From: Lama guanicoe
Lineage: Eukaryota
Assembly (NCBI GenBank): GCA_013239625.1
Contig: MU053933.1
Span: 3,091,817 to 3,155,816 of the forward strand
Direction of reading: 5' to 3'
DNA length: 64,000 nt
In this document: positions 48,076 through 59,350 of the stretch, one piece after another
Layout of the letters: each line of letters starts with the position of its first letter
Numbering within the stretch: position 1 is the stretch's first letter
Translations under genes and position numbers: made by a program
The notes under the pieces: generated by a model
Seen by the model: the letters and a program-made list of their open reading frames with translations, nothing else
The model's database searches: none
What the model was told of the DNA's origin: nothing

Positions 48076-49642
48076 CTCAGCTGAGATGCGGATGGAGGAC
48101 GTTGTGGACAGGACGCCACTGTGCTGGGCCGGCCTGCAGGCATCAGAGCCACCTGCCAGGTGGGCCAGCAGGATCTTAGGAAAAACACGAAAATGCAGAA
48201 CTGCAAAGGCAATAGGATTAACCACAGGAGAAGCAAAGGAGGCCCAGCTGAGCAGGAAAAAGCCTCTCTTGAAAGTTCGGGGTTGGGGGGCAAAACCTGA
48301 GGTTTAAATTTCAATCAGTAGCCAAACTGCAGCAAGACTGACAGAAGCTCTCAACAGTTCTGTTTTTTCAAAAAAATGAAAATGAATTCGTCATGCCTCA
48401 AACGAAAAGGTTCCAATATCTATGTGGGTGTCCCAGCCACCAGGCCCTCCTCCCTCTGTGCCCCAGGTCCCATGCTGGAGGTGCTCCAGGTGACAGCGGC
48501 TCCCATGGGATCAGCCTCGGGGCACCTGTGTGTTCACACATCTTTTGTACTTGACTTGGTGTTAAAGCACCACGTCCAGCTCCTTTAAAAAATATTTGTG
48601 TGGTTTTTGTCTTCCTGAAGTACGGTACTATGAACTCAGAAGTGTTTTTCTAAACGCTTTGTTCTGGAGTGTTCCTCACACACCTGTCACGGTGACGATC
48701 GGTGCTGGCCCAACTCTTCAGTCCTCGGCACTGGGGCCGCAAGGGGCCTGGGCAGGTGGCAGGAAGGCCCCCTCACTGTCTGGCGGACGCCAAAGGAGCA
48801 AGACCACACAGGCCCGACTGGTCCGTGGCGGGGGCCCCTCAGAAGGGCAGGGCCAGGAGGGACTCGGTGCTGAGCTGCACTCCCGGTCAGACGGGGCCCC
48901 ACAGGAGAAGCCCGACCCAGCTGGCTGGGTGGCGCTGGTGACCCCAGGGCCGAGGTTGGAGCTGCCAGGCCCCTTCCCGGCAAGGGGAGGAGGGGTGCTG
49001 ACCGGAGATGGCGGCCCTGAAGCATGGGTGACAGTCCTTGTGGGGCAGGGCTGAGGCTTTGTCTCACGGATCTCCCGGAGGCCGGCACAGCCGTCCTGCG
49101 GGAGGAGACGTCGCGGCACCTGGAAGCAGCAGGTCCGATTTTCAACGCGGAGGGACTGGAGTCTCCACCCCTGAAGTCCCCACTGTGGGAGGGCTGCCGG
49201 AGGTGTGGCTGAAGTGTGTGGACATGAGTGTCGGGGCCGCGGGCCTGGCAGGGGGGCTGTGCTCAGCAGGCCTCCGTCCGCCGGAGAGCTGGACCTGGGA
49301 GTCACGGCCAGAGGGCCCAGCAGAGCTCCCAGCACCACCATCTGTGGGTCAGAGGGCACTGTGGAGCGGGGGTGACCAGCTGAGGCTGAGGGCCAGGGAG
49401 TCCACCACCCAGCTCGGGGCTGGAGGGCAGGCAGCAACCAGACTGAGCCCTTGCTCACAGTGGAAACGGTCACTCGCTCACTCTCAGTGTAGTCACGCTT
49501 CCAAACCGTGTTGAGCCAAGTCTGCCCTGAGTCCACACAGAGCCCTGGCCAGTCATACCCGCAGACATGCTGGAGACGAGAGCTCAGCGTTACCTCCTCA
49601 CCATCAGCTCACGGGCCCTTGAAGCAGCCCTCTCTGCTTTAC

Positions 49643-49745
49643 AGCAAGGTCACGCAGCTGGGCCAAGGTCACACAGCAGGTCAAGGTCACACATCAGGTC
49701 AAGGTCTCACAATGCAGCCAAGTCACACAGCAGGTCAAGGTCACA
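49643..49745. repeat. Short tandem array of about 18-nt units (CAAGGTCACACAGCAGGT)
   Basis: Five or six units visible, containing AGGTCAAGGTCA at 49678-49689 and 49732-49743. Confidence 0.85.
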
Positions 49746-50563
49746 TGGCATGGACAACTGGCATGGTGTGGCCTGGGCTGCAGAGTTGAAGCTGCCAACC
49801 ACTCTGCTGTCCCCACATCCCTGCCTGTGGGTGGGCCTGAGTGGGCAGTGGCTTCAAGAACTGCAGGCGAGGCCAGGCTGCCCTGGCCCCTGCGCTCTGC
49901 CTCTGCCTGGTGGAGCCTCCAACTGACGGACTCACAGCCCGGTGGACTCTGCTCCCAGGGCACAGGGTGGACCGAATGCTCTGACTTTACCCAAATCGGC
50001 AGATTTCTGGCACTTGAATAATGTTCATCCGAAGATGAGGGCCCTGTGCTGCTGGACGCAGACTAGTCAGAGGGACTCGGCGCAAATCGCATCACGGCTG
50101 GAACACCATTCGGACTCTACGCTTCGTTAAAAGACAGCCCTGTTTCTAAACAGTGAAGCTGAATGTTTCGAACTTTCCTGCAATGACGGCCCCTGAACAT
50201 CACTGCAGGCCGGGCGGAGCCACGGGCACTGGGCTATTTCCCGAGGATTAAAGGAGGAGGCTCAGAGCGAGGCTCCCGGGCTGACACCTGGGGAGCCGGG
50301 TGGCCATCTGTCTGGCCTCTGTCTGGTCATCTGCATGCGCAGACGGGGTCAAGTCCTCCGGTCTCACCCGTCTGGGACCCACACTCCGCAGGAGCCCGCT
50401 GCCTCCTGCTGGGGGTTGTATTTCAGGCAGTGGTTAGTGGAGGACCTGGGGGGCCGGGGCAGGCGGGGGGGCCTGGGGGGGCGGGCTCGGAAGGAGGCCT
50501 CACAACTGTCACGCTGCGAAGCTGCTCTAATGCTCTCTCTCCCTCTCCTGTCCCTTTTCCTAG

Positions 50564-50638
50564 TCCCCACCGAAAGGTGCCACCATTCCCTACCGCCCAA
50601 AGCCCGCCTCCACCCCTGTCATTTTTGCAGGTGGTCAG
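50564..50638 (+). CDS. PCBP3: PCBP3 exon, KH2-KH3 linker (SPPKGATIPYRPKPASTPVIFAGGQ)
   Basis: Long CT tract ending ...ttttcctAG, donor CAG|gtaaga, 75 nt, phase 0-0. Confidence 0.96.
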
Positions 50639-53600
50639 GTAAGAGCCGACCCGCTCGCGGCCTCCACTGCCAACCTCAGCCTTTTACTGCAGCCCCCGCC
50701 GCTGCCCGTTAGTGCACTCAGGTTTTCTCCCCCTCACGTGCACGTCTCCCCGCCCCGCGCAGGACGCAGAGCTCTCCTGGCCCACAGCCAGGCCCCAGGG
50801 GACACGGGCCGCACTGGGGAGGCCGCTGGGCAGTGTCCAGCAGACAGAAAGGGCCAAGGCGGACATCCCGCGGAGCCTGGGCCTGGAAACATCTCCTCCC
50901 TCACCTGGCCCAGGAGGACTCTGGGCGGCGCTCACGCTGGTCAGCCCAGGCAGCACCGCAACTCTGGTCCACTAGCGCTTCTGGGGAGGGAGGAGGCCAG
51001 GAGCGCCCCCATGACCTCTGACTCATGGTTGAGACTCATGGGACCATAAGATCCAGGGTCCCATTTCCCCTGAAACACACGTTCCCAGTTTCCCACAAAC
51101 GAGTTTACCCCCAGGAGTGCGTGAGGATGGAGAAGAGGCCCTGCTGGGCGTCCTGGTTACAGGGCTGACCCTCCCTCTCCGGCCCGCTCCACGCGGGCCC
51201 AGCAAGCCGCGGCGTCCGCTTCACACACCTGTGTTTTGGCTGGAGCCGCTGACCTTTCTCTCCCACCAGGAAGGGCCTGGAAAGCCCGGGGTCACAGAAG
51301 TTTGTCTAAGGCCAGCAGTTGGCTTAGCAGGGCCAGTAGACGGGGATAGTGGGGCTGGTCCATCTCCTGCCCTTGGGCACAGCCAGGACGTCCTCAGGAG
51401 CTCAGCTTGTCCTGCCCACGGCAGGATCACTGTCGCCATGGTAGATGGACTTTGGAAACACCAGGCCAGTGGTACTAGGAGGAGCTCTGCGTCCCCGCGG
51501 CTGCATCGTGTGTCTTGTTCAAGGGAGAGTTAAGGCGGAGATGTCCCAGAGTGACTGGGGCAGGGGATGGGGCGTGAATGCACGCTCTTCCTCACCACGT
51601 AAAGGAACCTCATCAGATCTCCCGGTTGCCCCCACACGAAGTGAGGGCCAGGCCTGTGTTCCTGCCTCTGCAGCCGTGTTGGTGGTGCTTCCCGCAGGGA
51701 GGGACACAGCGGCTCCCGTGCAGCCACATGGCTCCGGGCAGCCCATGTCCGTGGTCCTCCGGCTTCCCCGTCCAGCTGCAGATGGCCCACCCCATTCAGA
51801 ACCCTTTTCCTTCCCCCAGATTCATGGTAAGCTAGCACGTGAGTCACCTGTGTGGTCTCTACCCTTGGTCAATGAGCGAACAAACCCCACGTGGGGAAGC
51901 GTGGACTTTATCCAGAAAGGAGTCGCCTCAGTCAGCACTAGCCGGGATCCAGGAAGCTGTGTGGCCGAGCCCCGCCCCGCCCAGCAAAGCAGAGCAGTAG
52001 GCCCACCTCACAGTCAGGGCGGCGAGGCCACAGCCACCCTGGACACCTGTCCGAGGCTTTGCCAGGACATCAGCACCTGTGCCCTTGGGACAGTCTGGTG
52101 TAGCCAGTGACTAAGTCTTGGTCATTAGTCGGGGGACAAAGTCACTCGAGAACCATGCAGCACTGCAGGTAGCTGGGCAGAGGAGCCAGAATACGAACTC
52201 AGCACGGGGCCCCTCCAGACCCCAGGCCCTCACTGCCCACATGCAGGACACGTGAGAAATCTAGACCTTGGAGCATCTCCCGGACCTGTCTGTAAGATGC
52301 CCATCATGCAAGGGCCCAGAGTCTCCAGGCCCAGCAGCACCCCCGCTGCCGAGAGGCAGTCCCTGCTGTCCAGCAGGTTCAGGCCATAGAGGTGTCGTCC
52401 AGACAGAACCTTGTACCTTCCGCACTCTGTCCAGAAAGGGTGGTGGGCGCCCGTGCGCTTCAAGTAGAGCTAGGCGCCGTAACACCTGCGCGGACAGAGA
52501 GAAGTCAGGGATGAAGAACTGCCCCGCTGGGGAGTGCGTGTTGTTCCAGGGTCTGTCACCTCGGGGACACCCGGAGCACGTGCCCGGTGGCCTCTGCACA
52601 ACACCTACAGACAGGCACCCGCGCATACGTTGGCTGTCTCTGATCAGGTTCCTTTACTCCTCACGAGGTGTCCTCGGCCTCGCCCAGACCAGGGCCTCAC
52701 CTCCCGTGACCCCTGTCCAGTGGCTGGTTGGCCTTTAACTCCTCTCTGGTTCTTTGTGATGAAAACTCCCAGCAGATTCAAAACCTGAGCTTTGGCAGGA
52801 CCTTGGCAATCACCCTCCGTCTGGGGTCCACGGGAGTGACGCACAGCCTGGCCTGAGGTGTCCCTCTTGGGTGCACAAGGACCCGCAGGCATGGGTGCTG
52901 GTGGTGTCACGTGCCCACTTGGGACAGGTGGGGGCCTCCGCACCTGGGCCCCTCCACACCTGCAGCCCCTGAGCGCAGCCCAGAATGGAGCACCTTCCAC
53001 GTCCCTGGGTCCTGATGGCAGGTCCTCGTCTTTACTCTCCCTTGACTCCGTGTGTTTTGTTTGTTTTTTGGCCATGAGTTTCTGGAAGCATCTTTGCTGA
53101 CAGACTGTTTAGGCAGGTGGGGGCGGGTGGTGGAAGAGGCTGCAGGTCCCACACTCACTGTGGCTGCACAGAGTCACTGTCTTGAAGGCGAGTGACACAG
53201 TGATACCAAAACGAGAGCTTGGGGGTCTGCCCTGGCCCCCTGGGAGCTGTGCCGCCGAGAGCGTGTGCCCCTCAAGTCGGAACGGCCACCTTCTCCTCTG
53301 AGGCTGGAAGACAGTCTGGCTGATTTGGGTGTATTTCTTACTTAATCTGGCATTTGCAAAATTGGTTTGGGGTCACCTTTTAAAGCTTCCTTTTTTATCA
53401 TGTGGTTTTCTTAGGGTAAATACTTCCTGACAGTGTTTCCTCTGACGGCTGCTTAAATTTTCCAAAGGTTAACAGTTAGTAGATCTATGAGCAGGGGTCA
53501 GACAGGTCGTTCTTAGATTCTTTCTAGGCACAGGGGGAGTGAGAGTCGGAAGCCTTCTGACCGGTCCTTTTCCTCCCTCCCGCCAGCTCGGCCAGCCTCG

Positions 53601-53867
53601 GCATCCTGCAGCTCTGGGGGCGTGGGGGCAGCTCCCCGCTCACGTCTGGGCGTAGCTCCAGTGCCCTGGGAGGGTTCTCTCTCCTCCTGCAGGAAGGCGG
53701 CCGGTGGGGCCGGCTCGCTCTGCGAGGGGGAAAGCCTTGACTGGAGGGCCAAGGTGCTGCTCACGGGAGAGCCCAGCCAGGAGAAAGCCCCTGTCCTGCA
53801 GGGGAGGTGTGGGGGGGCGACGCGTGGCCAGCTGCTTCTCGAGCTGACAGAGTCTCTCTCTTTCCAG

Positions 53868-53909
53868 GCCTACACGATCCAGGGACAGTACGCCATTCCC
53901 CACCCAGAT
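53868..53909 (+). CDS. PCBP3: PCBP3 42-nt exon (AYTIQGQYAIPHPD)
   Basis: ctctctctttccAG acceptor and GAT|gtgagt donor. Confidence 0.96.
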
Positions 53910-56900
53910 GTGAGTTCTCACTCCGCCCTCGCCTCCCCTCTCGTGCCGTTTCCCCCCAGCCCGCATGCTGCTGTCGACTGCTCCTAATATTAATATTAGA
54001 CATAATATTAATAGCATTCTCGGTGCTCCTGCCCTGTGTCGTGCCCACGGCCCTGAGTAACCTTCAGCCTCTTAGCACTAATTCTCCTCACGTGGAGGAC
54101 TTGGCCTGATGTCAAATTGATGGTGGCTGCAGTCTGGGCTTTTCCTCCGCGGGGCCTTGGGTGGCGGCCATCCTAGTGGGCGGGGGCGGCGCGGGCCGCG
54201 TGCACCGCCGCCGTCAGGTGACACGCCGTCAGCGGAGGTCCGTCGGGAAGGGCGCTTGAACACCTGTGGAGCCCAGGCTGAAGCAGGGTGCCCACGTGCT
54301 GGAGAGCCAGCCGGTCGGAGGCCCGTGGAGCAGCCCAAGGCCCCGTTCTAGGTGCTCCAGTCTGAGTGCAATGTCGGGGCTGGAGGTGGGCCACGTCCCA
54401 AGGGCCCTGCGGGGAGAGCCACGGGGGAGGGCGCCGCTCAGCCCACGGGGCAGAACGGGGGCAGGGGGTCCTTGCTCAGGGTTTCAGATACGCGGGAAGT
54501 GAGTCTGCACCGCCTGTACAGGGGGTCGGGGGGAGAAGGCAGAGGTAGGGGCGGGCTTCTGTGCTGCTGCCGCAGGCCGAGCAAGGGGAGGGCCGGGTCA
54601 GGAGCGGCCTCCTGTTGGCTCTCTGTGAGCCTGGGGGCCGGGGTGGTCTGTCCAGACAGGCGGGGCAGGGGGGTGCCAGGCGATGCTCACTCGTGCTCTG
54701 CAAACCCTCATGTTTTTGAGTTGGGCCAGTGAAGAGCCGGTTGCCTAAGATGTAAAGGCAGGGAGGGGAGGGTTTTAAGAATTAACTGACACCAAATGAG
54801 TGTGTGTTGGAAATACAGAGCTTCAGTCACTGTCACTGCAGGGAGACTTCTGCCGAGTAGGAAAGAAATACTGAGTTTTTCCTTTCAAAACACCTCATTA
54901 AACAACACACACGAATCAAATGACAGAGAAAGCTGGCAAGGAGGGGGCTCAGGGACCTCCCTGGTCCCTCGTGGGTGACGCCGGCCCTCGTGGTCCTGGC
55001 TGGCAGTGGCTGGGGCCCAGGGAAAGGGACCTAGGGGAGGACAGGTGCTGGAGCTGGGGGACAGGCGGCGTGAGCACAGAAATGCAGGTAGGGCTGGCCG
55101 GGCGCCCCGCGGGGATGATGGAAATCTGGGTGGGAGCGGGTTTCCCGGCGGCAGGCTTCACTCAGCGCGGGCTGGCAGTCTCTGCCTGTGGAAATGCGTC
55201 TGTGCAAAGGCAGATTCGGCGCTCTGCACACTCAGCAGCCTGGCCCCGTGGTTCTGAGGTCCAGGCTCGGCCCTGCGGCCCGAGGGCGAAGCTGTGCTTC
55301 CCTGCCGCCCAGGGCCTAAGGGTCACGGCCTAGCGCCTGGTCTGCGTGTCCTCGGCTGGACCACGTGGCCTCTGAGGCCGAGGGACTCTGACTGGTCTGA
55401 CTGATTGGTCTTCACATCGATCGATTGTTTTGCTCTCTCCGTGTGATTTTCTTGGTGCCTCTTAAAAAATGGGTAGTTGCAGATTTTTGGGGGCATTTTA
55501 AACTATTTTGTGACTAACTGTCCTGTAATTACCCTATTGCATTTGGTGGAGATTCGAAGCACTTGGTTATTTATCGTGAAAGGCCTTCGTGCAGGACCCA
55601 GCGTTCTCGAGACCAGCATGCTGGGGGGCAGGTGTTAGGACCAGAACAGCAGGACTTTGGTAAATGCCTTCCTTGCAGGAACAGAGTCGAAGACTAGAAC
55701 ACCGCTAAGAGAATCCGTTCAAAACAAGATAAGACGGCTGGTGACCAGTGACGACGGTCAGGAAGGCAGTTTTATCTGAGCTTAATTTTCAGTAGGAATT
55801 TTTAAAGCTTCATTTCTTAGAATCTAATAGAATAATTACAGAAAGAGCTGATTTATTTTATGAGATAACTGAACACACACTAAGTATCTCAAGCACAGTG
55901 GCTGACACCACGGCCGTCTGGCGGCTAAGTGCCTCACGTGGATCAGGCGCAGACTACGAGAAAATACGTCTCAGAGCTGAGTGTTCCTTTGCCTGGAACT
56001 AAAATATCCGTCTTTCTTCCTCTTTTCTGGTTTACCCTTACTGAAGGCTCAGGGCCCCACCCTCACTGGTTTCCCTCTGGGTCTCCTGGTCTCCCCTGCC
56101 ACTGGCTTTGTTTTATGGGACTCCTTCTGGAAGCTCCTAGCTCTTGGGCCTGCGGGATGTGCAGGGACTGCTGGTGGCTGGGGAAGTGGGCCTGGGTCTC
56201 GCTGCCCGCCTCCCTCCTCCCCTGCCAAGGATCACGAGTAGTTTCAGCTCCAGGAGGGGAGGCTGCGGCCCCAACTTGGAGCATGGGAGCCTGGACAGAC
56301 CCAGTGCGGTGACCACCATCTGTCCATAGTCCCCTGTCTGTCCCCTGATCACTGCAGCATGATCGCACCAGGGGACAGTGGTCAACCTCAAGCATACCCC
56401 GTGTGTGTGGCTCTGCTCTCTAGCCTCCAGCGTTCCCCATCCCACCCTCATTGGCACCCCCGCCATGTGAAGGGCCCCAAGAAGAAGCAAGGACGGCCGC
56501 TGCCTTCCTCTGGAGCCTGGCTACGGGGCCACGGCCGGCAGGTTGTGCCAGGAGGTGGGAGGGAGCTTTGAGAGGCCCCCGCCCCGCGCTCAGGGCCAGG
56601 AGTGGCGCAGCTGGTCCCTCCCCAGGACAGTGGATTTCAGCAGATGCGGATGGGCCCCGTGCCTGCCAGGAAGCTTGTTCCCGAGAGAGTAAGCGGTGGG
56701 GAGCCTGCAGGGCTGCACACTGTGTGCATCACGGTCCTGGCACTGCCGCGCACGTCCCCTGATGATGACAGCGCTCTCCCGCCACCTCTGTGTGTCCCCT
56801 CTCGGATCCCGCCCCTCGCATCTCACCGTGAGAGCAGCGCAGAGTGACCCGCATCCCCACGCACGCCCCGCCCACCGCCCACACCTCTGGCTTCTGCTCA

Positions 56901-57199
56901 GAGTGGCGGACACATGCCCTCGGCCCCGGCTGCTGAGAGCTGGGCTGCTGCAGCCGCTCCGCCGTCCCCCTCACCCCCGGTTCACGCCGGGATGGACCGC
57001 AGCCTCTCCTGCTGCACTGAGCTGTGCCCCGCCCCCTCAGAATCAGAACCCGCATTTTCACAAGCCCCTGGTGACCTGTTTGCACGTGGACGTCTGAGAA
57101 CACTGATGAGCAGGAAGGACGGGTGTGCACTGAAGCCAGGAAGAGGGGATGGGATGGAGAGGGACGCTCCTGAGAGGTGAGCACCGAGAACCTCCCAGA

Positions 57200-59350
57200 G
57201 TCAGTCAGCAAACAAAACCCCTCTCATTCGGAACCCTAGCAAACCCCAAACAAGGGGAACAAAACCACCTCAGACAAAAGCAAATCCTCCAAGTGGTCAG
57301 AGAGAAAAGAACGTCACAAAGAAGCGCGGTGAGAAGTGGGCCAGCTTCTTCCCAGCAGCGGTGGAGCCGGAGGGGGGTGGCATGAACCAGGAGAGTAACT
57401 GTCAACCTAAAATTCTGCCTCGAGAGGCCAGTCCAAGGACCTAAATACAGATATTTTCAGACAAGCATTTGTGACCAACAAGCCTCTAATGAGCCCCCTC
57501 CAGTAGGAGAAGGATCCCCGAAGAAGGGCTATAAACGCAGGAAAAAAGGGTGAGCCGAGAGAATTACCATTTCTGTCATCAACACAAGCACAAGTCGTGA
57601 AGAAAACCTTGCTGGTTTTGACTACGTTAAAGGTTAAACGTTTGGGTAAATGAAAACAAACTTCACAAAATCAGAATCCGTGCCGTCTCGTTTGTGGGCC
57701 TAACGTGACAGAACCACCCGGGCGCCAGCGAGCACAGGCAGGACCGGGTGTGGCTGAGGGCTGACGCGTCCTGGAGGTCCCTGGACGCTTCGGGAGGAGG
57801 GCAGAGGTGCTGCACTGAGACTCCAAACGTGCGCGTTACGACTTCAAAGTGACGACCACCAGGAGAGTGTTCACTTCTGCAACTCCCGTGAAGGCACCAA
57901 GGAGAGACTGGGTGAGAGGAGGCAGGTGCTAGTCAGTACAGAAGAAAAGGAGCGAGAAAGGAGGAGACCCTGGAAAATCAGGACAGGTGGGATAAGCTGC
58001 GGAAACTAGCTGCACGTGGGGTAACTAGGGTCAAGGTGAAGGAACTTTTCAGCTGAAAAACAAAGGGTGTCAGGATTTTTTTAAAACAGCATTTTTAGAG
58101 AAGCAAACAAAAGTTTAAAAAAACTTTTTTCAAGAGACACATCTAAAGAATAAGGACCTAGGAAAATTATTCTAGGAAAATACTAACCCAAAGAAACTTA
58201 ATACCCCGATGTTAAGGTCAGTGGCGAAAAAACAACTTTAAGGCAAATTACTTAGTTATCGCTTATTGATTCACTAGAAGATAAACAGTTTAAATCTGTA
58301 TGCATGTAAAACATAACTTCAGACATTCTTAGGAAGAAATTAGCAAGCCATTAAGAGAACTTGACAGGCATTTTAGCAGAAGCTTAACACGCCTCTTTGA
58401 ATTAAGGCCAAGAAGACAAGCACACAGAAGGCCCTGACGGCAGTCGGGGAGCCTGGCTCGACCGCCGCGCACTGGGCTCCCCCCCAGCGTGGCTGTGGAG
58501 GTCGTGAAAACGTTTGCAAAGCTTGATCACGTGCCAGGTCAGAAAGAAGACTCACAGTCTTTCAAAAATTGGAATTGTAGAGACTCTTACCACAAAGCAG
58601 TTAAGTTGAAATCAACAGTTAAAAGGTGACCTAAAACCAAACAAACAAACTTGTCTTTACTGAAAGTTAAGGAGACCAAAAGCCCAAAGTAAATGGAGAG
58701 ACCTGCGATACTCAGGGTGGGACGTTCAAGTATCTGAACCGCATCGGTTCTCCCCAAAGTGAGGTGCAAACGCAACACAATTGCAGTCAGAATCCTGACG
58801 GGTGGCTTTAAACGTTACCTGACAGCACGAAGCTGAGACCCGTCAAGCTGCTGACACAGAGGCTGCATGGTACGGAGATGTCCTCGCAGACGGAGGGCCC
58901 ACGGGCCGTGCTCTCGAGGCGTGTGGTCTGGTCCCGGCGTCCCCAGACGGGGCCAGACGTCGAGGAGGACCCCTGGCCTGGGCCAGAGCTGCCGACGTGG
59001 GTCAAGGAGAAAAATGGACTGGCCGTGAGCAGTGCGAGGAGGCGAGTCGTCAGGTGGGAAGCCACTCCCCTGCATCAGCAGCTTCCACACAGGACAGGGA
59101 AGTCTACGCTGTCCGAAGAAAACATGGAACAGCTTTCAGTTCGCAGGTCCAGGAAATTTTCTTAAAACATAAGCACAAACCATAAAAACATTGATGGATT
59201 TGACTCCATTAAGATGCTTAAAGTCTCTTTCTCTAAAGGCACCGTGTGGGGGGTTGCTTTTCAAGCACATGTAACTAAAGTAGGATGAACAAAAGAGCAG
59301 AAGACACAGGCAGGCACTTCGCGGGAGAGGAGACAGGAACTCGGGTCAGA
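57200..59350 (+). mobile_element. Ancient L1M fragments (ORF1 to ORF2), sense
   Basis: A-rich sense strand with actgtcaacctaaaattctg, atattttcagacaagca, ggaaaatactaacccaaagaaa, gttctccccaaag...caattgcagtcagaatcc and tggatttgactccattaag. Confidence 0.65.

Noticed and set aside
47698..48314. Repetitive His/Cys-rich ORFs, and possible CRISPR-like periodicity
   Set aside because: Translations of a head-to-tail minisatellite with no unique spacers. The DNA is eukaryotic and no cas genes are present.
49567..49926. RS-like peptide (RSHSRSRSHIRSRSH)
   Set aside because: Translation of the AGGTCA tandem array, with no splice or domain support.
50639..53867. Equivalent of the PCBP2 LF-SINE-derived cassette exon between GGQ and AYTIQ
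   Set aside because: No such peptide is visible in this intron. Its absence supports PCBP3 rather than PCBP2.
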